DNA of 41,021 nt from Candidatus Kuenenia stuttgartensis. GTDB taxonomy: Bacteria; Planctomycetota; Phycisphaerae; Phycisphaerales; SM1A02. Numbering within the stretch: the stretch's first letter is position 1; the number at the start of each line of letters is the position of its first letter. Location of the stretch: assembly GCA_945870915.1 (NCBI GenBank), contig CAMBUI010000001.1, positions 1-41,021 of the forward strand. Reading direction: 5' to 3'. The notes below the pieces were generated by a model. The model had not been told where the DNA came from and did not search any database. It saw only the letters and a list, made by a program, of their open reading frames with translations. The translations under genes and the position numbers were made by a program. Below are positions 1 through 11,017 of the stretch, piece by piece.

Positions 1-1
1 C

Positions 2-373
2 CCGACCATCTTCACCCCGCATCTCGGCTGCTACGAGCGCGGCATCCTGGCCACCGTCCACCTCGAGCTCGTGCCCGGCACGACCGAGGCGCAGGTGCGC
101 GCGGCCTACGAGGCGGCCTACGCGGGCCGTCCCTTCGTGCGCGTGCTCAAGTCCGGACGCTGGCCGAGCGTGGCCGCGGTCGAGCGCACCAACTTCTGCG
201 ACATCGGCTTCATGCTCGAAGGCACGCACCTCATCGTCGAGAGCGCGATCGACAACCTCGTCAAGGGCGCCGCGGGCCAGGCCGTGCAGTGCCTGAACCT
301 GCGCTTCGGGTTCGACGAGACGGCGGGCTTCGCGATGCACGGCGCCACCGCCGTCGCCGGAGGTGTCGCGTGA
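2..373 (+). CDS. argC: N-acetyl-gamma-glutamyl-phosphate reductase, C-terminal fragment (5' end outside window)
   Basis: The reading frame is open from the window edge. The translation PTIFTPHLGCYERGILATVHLEL...NLVKGAAGQAVQCLNLRFGFDE matches the conserved ArgC C-terminus. Its TGA stop (371-373) overlaps the argB GTG start (GTGA). Confidence 0.85.
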   Translation, partial: PTIFTPHLGCYERGILATVHLELVPGTTEAQVRAAYEAAYAGRPFVRVLKSGRWPSVAAVERTNFCDIGFMLEGTHLIVESAIDNLVKGAAGQAVQCLNLRFGFDETAGFAMHGATAVAGGVA

Positions 374-1188
374 CGCAGCCGCTCCGCACCGCATCCCCGC
401 TGGTCGTCAAGATCGGCGGCGCACTCCTCGAGCAGGCCGACCGCCACGCGGAGGCCTTCGCCGGCCTCATCGCGCTGCACCGCGCGCACCCCGGCGGCAT
501 CGTGCTCGTCCACGGCGGCGGCGCGCAGGTCGACGCGCAGCTCAAGCTGGTCGGCATCGAGACCCCGCGCATCGAGGGCATCCGCGTCACCACCCGCGAG
601 GCGATCGACCAGGTCGTCGCCGTGCTCGCGGGCAGCGCGCATGTGCGCCTGCTCGGCATCCTCGCGGCGCAGGGCGCGCGGGTGGTCGGGCTCACGCTGT
701 CCGACGGCGGCCTCTGCGAGTGCCGCCACACCACGAGGTACGCGTTCGACGCCGGCGAGGTCGGCGAGATCACCGGCGGCGACGGCACCGTCGCGCGCAC
801 GCTGCTCGCGGCGGGCTTCATGCCCGTCGTCAACTCCATCGGCCTGTCGGCGAAGGGCGAGCCCCTCAACGTGAACGCCGACGAGGCCGCGTGCGCCATC
901 GCGCGCGTGGTCGGCGCCGCAGGCATCGTGCTCCTGACCGATGTGCCCGGCGTGCTCGACCAGACCAAGGCGCTCATCGCCGAACTCGACGCCGCGCGCA
1001 TCGACGAGCTCATCGCCGACGGCACCATCTCCGGCGGCATGATCCCCAAGGTCCGCAACGCGCTCGACGCCGCGAACCAGGCCGGCTGCCCCGCGACCAT
1101 CGCGTCGTGGCGCGATCCCGCCGCGATCGCCACCGGCTCGACCGGCACGCGCGTCCTCGCCCGCACCAACGAACCCGCGCTTGCCTGA
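370..1188 (+). CDS. argB: acetylglutamate kinase
   Basis: ORF-track 289-1188, trimmed to the GTG at 370 that overlaps the argC stop. Amino-acid-kinase motifs are present: LVVKIGGALLE, VLVHGGG, NVNADEAA, SGGMIPKV. Confidence 0.9.
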   Translation: MTQPLRTASPLVVKIGGALLEQADRHAEAFAGLIALHRAHPGGIVLVHGGGAQVDAQLKLVGIETPRIEGIRVTTREAIDQVVAVLAGSAHVRLLGILAAQGARVVGLTLSDGGLCECRHTTRYAFDAGEVGEITGGDGTVARTLLAAGFMPVVNSIGLSAKGEPLNVNADEAACAIARVVGAAGIVLLTDVPGVLDQTKALIAELDAARIDELIADGTISGGMIPKVRNALDAANQAGCPATIASWRDPAAIATGSTGTRVLARTNEPALA

Positions 1189-1215
1189 CCGGCGCCGCAG
1201 AAAGCCGAAGCCACG

Positions 1216-2253
1216 ATGGCACGCAACATCGACTGTTCCATTTCCGACGCGCGCCCCCTCGACACCCGCTGCCTCGAGGCGCTGCGGGGCCGCTCGATCC
1301 TGCGCCTGACCGACCTGTCGGCGGCCGAGATCACCTCCCTGCTCGCGCTCGCCCGCGCGCTCAAGGCCGACTACTCCGCCTTCCGCGGCGCGCTCGCGCA
1401 GCGCGCGCTCGTCATGCTGTTCGAGAAGCCGTCGCTGCGCACCCGCGTCTCGTTCGAGATCGGCTTCCAGAAGCTCGGCGGCTGCGTCACCTTCCTCGAC
1501 CACCGCAACGAGCCCATCGGGGCGCGCGAGCCCGTGGGCGACTACGGCCGCAACCTCGAGCGCTGGTGCGATGTGATCGTCGCGCGCGTGTTCAGGCACG
1601 AGACGCTCACCGGCCTGCGCGACAACTGCCGCGTGCCCATCGTGAACGCGCTCAGCGAGATCGCCCACCCATGCCAGGCGCTGGCCGACGCGCAGACGCT
1701 CCTCGAGCACGGCATCGAGCTCGAGTCCATGCACCTCGCCTGGCTCGGCGACGGCAACAACGTCTGTCTCTCGCTCATGGAGCTCGCGGCCATCATGGGC
1801 GGCCGGATGACCGTGGTCACCCCCGCCTCGCACCGCCCCTGCGCGAAGCTCGCCGCCGAGATCGACGCGATCGCCGCCCGGTCCGGCGCGACCATCACGC
1901 TCACCGACGATCCCGCCGCGATCAGGGGCGCGCACGCCGTCTACACCGACGCGTGGATCTCGATGGGCCAGAAGGACTGCCCCGACAAGATCGCGGCGCT
2001 CCGCAAGCTCACCGTCACCCCCGAGATCATGAAGATCGCCGGCCCGCACGCCAGGTTCATGCACTGCCTCCCCGCCCACCGCGGCGAGGAGGTCGTCGAC
2101 GCCGTCATCGACGGCCCGCAGTCGATCGTCTACGACGAAGCCGAGAACCGCATGCACGCGCAGAACGCGCTCCTGCTCGCGCTGCTCGGCGCGATCCCCT
2201 CCTCCCGCGGCGTTCCCGCGAACGCCGTCGAGATCCTCACGCACCACCGCTGA
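1216..2253 (+). CDS. argF: ornithine carbamoyltransferase
   Basis: 345-aa ORF with the carbamoyl-phosphate site FEKPSLRTRVSFE, the ornithine site DAWISMGQ, and HCLPAHRGEEV. Confidence 0.9.
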   Translation: MARNIDCSISDARPLDTRCLEALRGRSILRLTDLSAAEITSLLALARALKADYSAFRGALAQRALVMLFEKPSLRTRVSFEIGFQKLGGCVTFLDHRNEPIGAREPVGDYGRNLERWCDVIVARVFRHETLTGLRDNCRVPIVNALSEIAHPCQALADAQTLLEHGIELESMHLAWLGDGNNVCLSLMELAAIMGGRMTVVTPASHRPCAKLAAEIDAIAARSGATITLTDDPAAIRGAHAVYTDAWISMGQKDCPDKIAALRKLTVTPEIMKIAGPHARFMHCLPAHRGEEVVDAVIDGPQSIVYDEAENRMHAQNALLLALLGAIPSSRGVPANAVEILTHHR

Positions 2254-2290
2254 CATCCGCCAGCAACTTCCAGAAGGAAAGCACGAAGCA

Positions 2291-3571
2291 ATGTCCACCA
2301 TGAAGAAGCCCACCCGCGTGTGCGTCGCCTACTCCGGCGGCCTCGACACCTCCTGCATCATCCCGTGGCTCGTCGAGACCTACGGCTGCGAAGTCATCGC
2401 CTGCGTGGCCGACGTCGGCCAGGGCGCGCGCGAGCTCGAGGGCATCGAGGAGAAGGCGATCCGCACCGGCGCCAAGGAGTGCCACGTCGTCGACCTCAAG
2501 AAGCAGTTCATGGAGGAGTTCGTCTTCCCGATGTGCATCTCGGGCTCGGTCTACGAGGGCCGCTACCTGATGGGCACCTCGATCGCGCGCCCGATCATCG
2601 CGCGCGCGCAGGTCGAGGTCGCGCTGCGCACGGGTTGCGACGCGTTCTGCCACGGCTGCACCGGCAAGGGCAACGACCAGGTCCGCTTCGAGTCGACCTA
2701 CGCGGCGCTCGCGCCGCACCTCGCCGTCATCTCCCCCTGGCGCATCTGGGACCTCAAGAGCCGCGAGCAGATGCTCGGCTACCTCAAGGAGCGCAACATC
2801 CCCTGCGCCGCCAGCGCCGAGAAGATCTACTCGCGCGACGCCAACATGTGGCACATCTCGCACGAGGGCGGCGAGCTCGAGGATCCGTGGAACGCCCCGC
2901 CGGAGGACGTGTGGATGATCTCGGTCAGCCCGAAGGACGCGCCCGACGCCCACGAGGACGTCATGCTCACCTTCTCCAAGGGCCGCCCGACGCACCTCAA
3001 CGGCAAGGCGATGGATTCCGTCGCGCTGCTCACCGAGCTCAACAGGATCGGCGGACGCAACGGCGTCGGCCGCGTCGACATCTGCGAGAACCGCCTCGTC
3101 GGCATGAAGAGCCGCGGCGTGTACGAGACCCCGGGCGGCACGATCCTGATGGAGGCCGTGCGCGGCCTCGAGCAGCTCGTGCTCGACCGCGAGACGCTGC
3201 ACTTCCGCGAGAAGCTCGCGCTCGACTTCGCGAAGATCATCTACAACGGCACCTGGTTCAGCCCGACGCGCGAGGCGATGTGGGCCTCGTTCGAGGCGAT
3301 CGCGCAGTCGCTCGACGGCGATGTCGTCGTGCGCTGCTACAAGGGCCGCGCCGAGGCGTGCCGCCGCCGCTCGCCGAACTCGCTGTTCCACCACGGCTTC
3401 GCCACCTTCGGCGAGGACGAGGTCTACGACCACAAGCACAGCGAGGGATTCATCCGCCTGTTCAGCCTGCCGCTGCGCATCCGCGCGCTGCTCGGCCTGA
3501 ACGCCGAGTCGAAGCAGCTCGCCGCCGCCAACAAGCCCGGCGCGACGAGCAGCAGCAAGCAGCACGCCTGA
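2291..3571 (+). CDS. argG: argininosuccinate synthase
   Basis: 426-aa ORF with the N-terminal ATP-PPase loop AYSGGLDTS, plus ENRLVGMKSRGVYETPGG and the HISHEGGELED block. Confidence 0.95.
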   Translation: MSTMKKPTRVCVAYSGGLDTSCIIPWLVETYGCEVIACVADVGQGARELEGIEEKAIRTGAKECHVVDLKKQFMEEFVFPMCISGSVYEGRYLMGTSIARPIIARAQVEVALRTGCDAFCHGCTGKGNDQVRFESTYAALAPHLAVISPWRIWDLKSREQMLGYLKERNIPCAASAEKIYSRDANMWHISHEGGELEDPWNAPPEDVWMISVSPKDAPDAHEDVMLTFSKGRPTHLNGKAMDSVALLTELNRIGGRNGVGRVDICENRLVGMKSRGVYETPGGTILMEAVRGLEQLVLDRETLHFREKLALDFAKIIYNGTWFSPTREAMWASFEAIAQSLDGDVVVRCYKGRAEACRRRSPNSLFHHGFATFGEDEVYDHKHSEGFIRLFSLPLRIRALLGLNAESKQLAAANKPGATSSSKQHA

Positions 3572-3590
3572 TCCGCAGCAACCGACCTGC

Positions 3591-3614
3591 GGCGCTCCCT
3601 TGACGGGGAGCGCC
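3591..3614 (+). other. intercistronic GC hairpin between argG and argH (9-bp stem GGCGCTCCC/GGGAGCGCC, 6-nt loop, no U-tract)
   Basis: The inverted repeat was read directly from the sequence. It lies 20 nt after the argG stop. There is no T-run, so it is more likely an mRNA processing or stability element than a terminator. Confidence 0.4.
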
Positions 3615-3658
3615 GCCCTTCCCGCTCCCGACCGCACTCAGACAGAAAGCACACACGG

Positions 3659-5535
<1,877 letters not shown>

Positions 5536-5539
<4 letters not shown>

Positions 5540-6828
5540 GTTCCGCCATGACGACCACGACCACGCCGACGACGACCGCCACCGCTCCATCCGCCGGCGC
5601 AACCCCGTCCGGCATCGCGATCGCGTCCCTCGACTGGCCGCGCGGCTTCCGCGCCGCCGTCGGCGCCGCCGCCATCAAGAAGGCCGGGCGCGACGACCTC
5701 GCGCTGCTCTCGATGCCGTCGGGCGCGACGGCCGCGGCGATCTTCACGCGGAACCTGTTCGCCGCGGCGCCCATCGAGGTCTCGCGACGGCACCTGCGCG
5801 ACTCGCGCGGGCACGCCTCGGCGCTCATCCTCAACTCTGGATGCGCCAACGCGGCGACCGGACCGCGCGGCGTCGCGAACGCGCAGGAGATGGTCGATGC
5901 GGTGTCGCTCGCCCTCGGCTGCGCCTGCGAGGGCGTGCTCGTCAACTCGACCGGCGTGATCGGCGTGCAGCTGCCGATGGACCGCATCGTGCCCGAGATC
6001 CCGCACATGGCCGCGCGCCTGGCGCACGCGGCCGACGGCGGCCCGCTCGAGCCGTTCGCGCGCGCGATCATGACCACGGACACCCAGCCCAAGATGTCGT
6101 CGCGCACGGTCCCCTGCGCCGGCGGCCGCACGGTGCGGGTCTCGGGCGTCGCCAAGGGCGCGGGCATGATCCGTCCCGACATGGCGACCATGATCTCCGT
6201 GCTCGCCACCGACGCCGATGTCGCGCCCGCCACGCTCGACCGCATCCTGCGCCACGCGGCCGACGCGAGCTACCACCGCATCTCGGTCGACGGCGACACC
6301 TCGACCAACGACTCGGTGTTCGCCTTCGCCTCGGGCCTTGCGGGTCCCTGCGACGAGGCCGCGCTCGCGACCGCCTTCCGCGAGGTCGCCTGCGACCTGG
6401 CCAGGATGATCGTGTGCGACGGCGAGGGCTTCGAGCGCTCGCTCGCGGTGCGCGTGACGGGCGCCGCGACGCGTGCCGACGCACTCAAGGTCGCGGAGAC
6501 GGTCGCCTCGAGCCTCCTCGTGCGCACCGCGATCACCGGCGGCGACCCGAACTGGGGCCGCATCATCGCGGCGGCCGGCCGCGCCGGCGTCGCCTTCCGC
6601 GCCAACGACCTCGAGCTCCATGTCGGCGGCATCCTGATCTTCCGCGACGGCCAGCCGGTCGAGGCCGACAAGGGCGCCGTCCGCGCCGCCTTCAACGGCG
6701 GGCATGTCGACATCGTGATCTCGCTTGGCGCAACCGAGGGCTCCGAGGCGGAAGTGAACTCCGACTCGTTCCTCTCCTGCGGGCTCACGACCGAGTACGT
6801 GCGCCTCAACGCCGACTACACGACCTGA
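5536..6828 (+). CDS. argJ: glutamate N-acetyltransferase / ornithine acetyltransferase ArgJ
   Basis: 430-aa ORF. The ArgJ autoprocessing region GAGMIRPDMATMISVLATDA and GGDPNWGRI are present. The GTG at 5536 overlaps the argH stop; the ATG at 5548 is an alternative start. Confidence 0.9.
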
Positions 6829-6952
6829 CGCGGCTCAGGCGCGCACCCCAATCGGATTCCGTTTTCGTCCCGTTTCACAGCGGCCCTGCTGTGGCGTCGG
6901 GCATTGACCGACCCCTGTTCCGCGCACTCCGCGCGACCAAGGGTCCCCCTCC

Positions 6953-9142
6953 ATGCCGACCGACGCTTCCGCCGCCACGCCCTCCCGCAACCGCCGCACT
7001 CCCCTCGCCCGCCGGACCGACTCGATCGGATTCCGCACCTTCGCCGGCAGCGTGCTCGCGATCGTGGTGACCAGCGCCGCCATCGGCTACGCAGCAACCA
7101 CCCTCGCCGAGCGTGCGCTGCGCGACGAGGAGCGCAAGGTCTTCGAGGCAACCCTCGCCGCGCGCGCCGCCAGCCTCGACCAGTACCTCGGGACGCTGCG
7201 CGGCCATGTCGCCTCGCTCGCCGACGAGCCTGCAACCCGCGAGGCCCTCCGCCAGTTCACCGCGGGATTCGCCACCGCTGCCGCCGACGCAACCAGCGCC
7301 GGCCGCGCCTCGGAATCGGCCGCCGCCCGCATCACCGAGCACCACGACGCCGAGCTCGCCGGGCGCTTCCGCGACGGCGGCCTCGCCTGGACCGGCGGCG
7401 CCGCGATCACGCCCGGCGACGCCAACGCCCGCGCACTGCAGGACCTCTACATCGTCGCCAACACCAACCCGGTCGGCTCGAAGCACAAGCTCGACAGCCT
7501 CGGCAACGGCACCGCCTACGACGCCGCGCACGCCGCGCACCATCCGCGCCTCCGCGCGCTGCTCGAGCGCTTCGGCTACTACGACATCTTCCTGTTCGAC
7601 ACCGCCGGCAACGCCGTCTACACCGTCTTCAAGGAGACGGACTTCGCCACCAACGCCAACGCGGCACCCTACGCCTCGTCGAACCTGATGAAGCTCGTCC
7701 GCAGCACCCTCGCCTCGTCGACCACGACCGACGCGCAGGCCTGCGACTTCGAGCCGTACACGCCGAGCTACGGCGCCCCCGCCGGATTCATCGCCGCCCC
7801 GATCGTCGACCAGGGTGCCACGGTCGGCGTGATCGCCGTCCAGATCCCCATCGAGCGCATCGACCGCATCTGCAATCTTCCCGAAGGCCTCGGCGCCTCC
7901 GGCGAGGTCGCGCTGGTCGGTCCCGACGGCCGCACGCGCAACAACCTGCGGCTCACGGAAGGCACTTCGGTGGGTCGCGAGAGCGAGTTCCCGACGCTCG
8001 CGACCGCCGCGATCGCGGGCGGCTCGGGCTTCGTCGCCACCGAGAGCGACGGCCACGCCCACATCGTCGCCTACCGTCCGTTCGACTACCTCGGCCAGCG
8101 CTGGGCCATCCTGTGCGCCGTCAATGAGGCGGAGGTCCTCGCGCCCGTGCGCGTCCTCGCCTGGTGGATCCTCGGCGTCTCCGCAGCAGCGGTCATCGTC
8201 GTCTCGTGCCTCGCCATCCCGCTCGCCCGCTCGATCGGCCGCCGCGCACGCCAGACGGTCGCCGCACTCGAGCGCCTCGCCAAGGGCGACCTCTGCGCAC
8301 GCATCACCGACGACGGCACCGACGAATTCGGCGCCATCGCCATCGCGGTCAACAGCCTCGGCGAGCAGCTCACCGGCTCGATCCGCGGCGTGCGCCACAG
8401 CGCCGACGAGCTCGCCGGCGAGGCGTCGACGCTCGCGAGCGCCAGCGAGTCGCTCTCCAATGTCGCCAGCGGCCAGGCCGCGAGCATCGAGGAGATGTCG
8501 GCCGCCGTCACCGAGCTGCGCGAGCAGACCGCACGGACCAGCGAGGAGTCCCTCGGCGCCCAGCGGCGCACCGAACAGGGCGCGCAGGACGCCGCCGCCG
8601 CGCAGAAGGCCGTCGACGGCCTCGAGCACTCCATGGACGAGATCGACCGCGCCGCGCGCGAGATCGGCCAGATCGTCCGCGTCATCGACGAGATCGCCTT
8701 CCAGACCAACCTGCTCGCCCTCAACGCCGCCGTCGAGGCCGCACGCGCCGGCGAGGCAGGCCGCGGCTTCGCCGTCGTGGCCCAGGAGGTCCGCGCCCTG
8801 GCGACACGCTCCGGCGAGGCCGCCCGCAAGACGACCGAACTGGTGTCGAGCGCGAGCGACCGCGTCGGTCGCGGCGTGACCTTCTCGAAGCACGTGCGCG
8901 AGTCGCTCGAGCAGATCATCGCGGGCTCCACCGAGGTCGCGCGGGCCGTCGAGTCCATCGCACAGGCGCAGACCGAGCAGCTCTCGGGCATCACCCAGCT
9001 CGACCAGGGCATCGCGGAGATCTCCCGCACCACGCAGGAGGCCGCGGGCCAGAGCCAGCAGGTCGCCGCCACCGCGCGGCAATCCGCCGACGAGGTCGAC
9101 GCACTCAAGCGCAGCGTGTCGCGCTTCCAACTCGCGGCCTGA
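6953..9142 (+). CDS. methyl-accepting chemotaxis protein with periplasmic Cache-like sensor and HAMP domain
   Basis: 729-aa ORF. TM1 is [20 protein letters not shown] Cache-like block reads [28 protein letters not shown]2 is [22 protein letters not shown]. The signalling hairpin is [38 protein letters not shown]. Confidence 0.9.
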   Translation: MPTDASAATPSRNRRTPLARRTDSIGFRTFAGSVLAIVVTSAAIGYAATTLAERALRDEERKVFEATLAARAASLDQYLGTLRGHVASLADEPATREALRQFTAGFATAAADATSAGRASESAAARITEHHDAELAGRFRDGGLAWTGGAAITPGDANARALQDLYIVANTNPVGSKHKLDSLGNGTAYDAAHAAHHPRLRALLERFGYYDIFLFDTAGNAVYTVFKETDFATNANAAPYASSNLMKLVRSTLASSTTTDAQACDFEPYTPSYGAPAGFIAAPIVDQGATVGVIAVQIPIERIDRICNLPEGLGASGEVALVGPDGRTRNNLRLTEGTSVGRESEFPTLATAAIAGGSGFVATESDGHAHIVAYRPFDYLGQRWAILCAVNEAEVLAPVRVLAWWILGVSAAAVIVVSCLAIPLARSIGRRARQTVAALERLAKGDLCARITDDGTDEFGAIAIAVNSLGEQLTGSIRGVRHSADELAGEASTLASASESLSNVASGQAASIEEMSAAVTELREQTARTSEESLGAQRRTEQGAQDAAAAQKAVDGLEHSMDEIDRAAREIGQIVRVIDEIAFQTNLLALNAAVEAARAGEAGRGFAVVAQEVRALATRSGEAARKTTELVSSASDRVGRGVTFSKHVRESLEQIIAGSTEVARAVESIAQAQTEQLSGITQLDQGIAEISRTTQEAAGQSQQVAATARQSADEVDALKRSVSRFQLAA

Positions 9143-9148
9143 GCCGCA

Positions 9149-10153
9149 TCAGAACTGCCGCAGGAACCGGGCGTCGTTCTCGAACAGCAGCCGGATGTCG
9201 CCGATCCCGTACTTGCGCATCGCGACGCGCTCGATGCCGAGGCCGAAGGCGAAGCCCGTCCACTCCTCGGGGTCGATGCCGACCGACTTGAACACGTTCG
9301 GATCGACCATGCCGCAGCCACCGAGCTCGATCCAGCGCCACTCGGGCACGCCGTTGCGCATCACGCGCATCTTCATGTCGAGCTCCGCGCTCGGCTCGGT
9401 GAACGGGAAGAAGCTCGGACGCAGGCGGATCTCCGCCTCCGGCCCGAAGAACGCCTTGGCGAACTGCACCAGCGTCGACTTGAGGTCCACCATCGACACC
9501 TTGCGGTCGACGTACAGGCCCTCGACCTGGTGGAACATCGAGTAGTGCGTCGCGTCGTGCGCGTCCGGCCGGTACACGCGCCCGATCGCGCAGATCTTCA
9601 GCGGCGGCTTCATCGTCTCCATCGCGCGGATCTGCACCGTCGAGGTCTGCGTGCGGAGCAGCAGCTTGCCGGCGACCTCGCCGCCGAGGAAGAAGTTGTC
9701 CGCGGGTCCGCGCGCAGGATGGCTGTCGGGGATGTTGAGCGCGTTGAAGTTGTGCCACTCGTCCTCGAGCTCGGGGCCGTCGGCCACCGCAAAGCCCATG
9801 CGGCCGAGCACATCGACGATCTCGTCGATGGTCTTGGTGAGCACATGGCGCGCGCCCTCGCCCACCGCGATGCCGGGTTCGGTCACATCCACCGACGGCC
9901 CCGTGGGCGCGGCCGCCGTCGTTTCCTTCCTGGCGGCGAACGCGGCCTCGATCGCGGCCTTGAGCTCGTTCATCCGCTTGCCGACCGCGGGCTTCTGCTC
10001 CTTCGGCACCGACTTGAGCGCGTCCATGGCGCCCCGCAGCCTGCCGTTGGTGCCGAGCCAGCGCACGCGGAACGCCTCCAGGGCCGCGGCATCGGCCACG
10101 CCGGCGAGTTCGGTGAGCGCTTCGCGTTCCATCGCGTCGAGTTCGGAGAGCAT
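9149..10153 (-). CDS. pheS: phenylalanine--tRNA ligase alpha subunit
   Basis: 334-aa ORF with class II aaRS motifs RPSFFPFTEPS, GGCGMVDPNVF and GFAFGLGIERVAM. Confidence 0.95.
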   Translation of the reverse strand: MLSELDAMEREALTELAGVADAAALEAFRVRWLGTNGRLRGAMDALKSVPKEQKPAVGKRMNELKAAIEAAFAARKETTAAAPTGPSVDVTEPGIAVGEGARHVLTKTIDEIVDVLGRMGFAVADGPELEDEWHNFNALNIPDSHPARGPADNFFLGGEVAGKLLLRTQTSTVQIRAMETMKPPLKICAIGRVYRPDAHDATHYSMFHQVEGLYVDRKVSMVDLKSTLVQFAKAFFGPEAEIRLRPSFFPFTEPSAELDMKMRVMRNGVPEWRWIELGGCGMVDPNVFKSVGIDPEEWTGFAFGLGIERVAMRKYGIGDIRLLFENDARFLRQF

Positions 10154-10165
10154 CGATTCAGTCTA

Positions 10166-10204
10166 GCGAAAAAGCAGCGACGCCCCGGAAGACCGGGGCG
10201 TCGC
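10166..10204 (-). terminator. intrinsic terminator-like hairpin after rplQ (12-bp perfect GC stem, 4-nt loop, T5 tract)
   Basis: The minus strand reads GCGACGCCCCGG-TCTT-CCGGGGCGTCGC followed by TGCTTTTTCGC. It lies about 100 nt after the rplQ stop and only 15 nt before the pheS ATG. Confidence 0.6.
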
Positions 10205-10302
10205 GGAGATGCATCGGATGTCGCGCTTGGCACCAGCCGCAAGCCTTTCGGGAGGGCGTCGAAGCCCTGCCCTAGAGGCGACGGCCTGAGCCGGCGCGGG
10301 CC

Positions 10303-10914
10303 TCACTCGGCCTTCGGAGCGTCGGCGGCCTTCGCGGCGCCGTTGTCGCGGGCCTTGGCGGCGTACGCGGTGCGCTTGTCGGCGGTGCGACGGCGGTTCG
10401 AGCGGCGGCCCGAAACCTGCGCGCCGTCCTCCTTGCCGACGAGCTGCAGGATGCAGAGGTCGGTCTGGTCGCCCACGCGGCGCTTGTCGAGCTTCACGAT
10501 GCGGGTGTAGCCACCCGCACGGTCGGCGTAGAGCGGCGCAACGCGCGACATGAGGTGCTGCACGAGGCGCGGGGCCTTGCGGAGCTCGCCGTAGCGGTTG
10601 AACTCGATCGCATCGGCCGCGGGGAGATCCCACAGCTGGTGCATGTTCTTCTTCTCGTCCTTCGTGTTCGGATCAGCGACCCACGCGAAGACCGCGCGGT
10701 CGTTGATGCGCGACTCGACGGCGCGGCGGGCCGAGAGGCCGCTGCGCTTCGCCATCGTGATCAGCTTCTCGACGAAGGGCTGGACAGCCCGCGCCTTGGG
10801 AAGCGTGGTCTCGATCTGGCCGTGCTCGAAGAGGCCGGCGGCGAGGTTGCGGAGCATCGCGCGACGGTGGTCTTCCTTCACGCACAGTTGCTTGCCAAAT
10901 ACACGGTGACGCAT
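10303..10914 (-). CDS. rplQ: 50S ribosomal protein L17 (bL17), with internal insertion and C-terminal tail
   Basis: 203-aa ORF with MRHRVFGKQL..HRRAMLRNLA..ETTLPKA and ADRAGGYTRIVKL. It is about 75 aa longer than typical L17. Confidence 0.9.
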   Translation of the reverse strand: MRHRVFGKQLCVKEDHRRAMLRNLAAGLFEHGQIETTLPKARAVQPFVEKLITMAKRSGLSARRAVESRINDRAVFAWVADPNTKDEKKNMHQLWDLPAADAIEFNRYGELRKAPRLVQHLMSRVAPLYADRAGGYTRIVKLDKRRVGDQTDLCILQLVGKEDGAQVSGRRSNRRRTADKRTAYAAKARDNGAAKAADAPKAE

Positions 10915-11017
10915 GACTCGTTCCTATCTTGATGGGTCCGGCCCTCGTGGCCGTGCCCGAAATGTGCTTTCGAAACAGTTCTGTCCTTCGCGGTTCCGCT
11001 CTCGGCGGAACGTCGAC

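Noticed and set aside
118-2313. Very long ORFs antisense to, or out of frame with, the annotated genes. Examples: 118-2313 (-), 2237-3637 (-), 3638-5602 (-), 6875-9130 (-), 13807-16947 (+), 27752-29623 (-), 33755-35989 (+), and 36085-37344 (+, the upstream part).
   Set aside because: These are typical shadow ORFs of a very GC-rich genome. Their translations are Arg/Ala/Gly/Pro-rich low-complexity strings with no motifs. Every one lies opposite a gene with strong family signatures.
10154-10302. A pheS leader-peptide attenuator or T-box riboswitch upstream of pheS.
   Set aside because: No Phe-rich mini-ORF and no T-box-like conserved sequence or specifier architecture could be seen in the 149-nt spacer. 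Only the terminator hairpin is supported.
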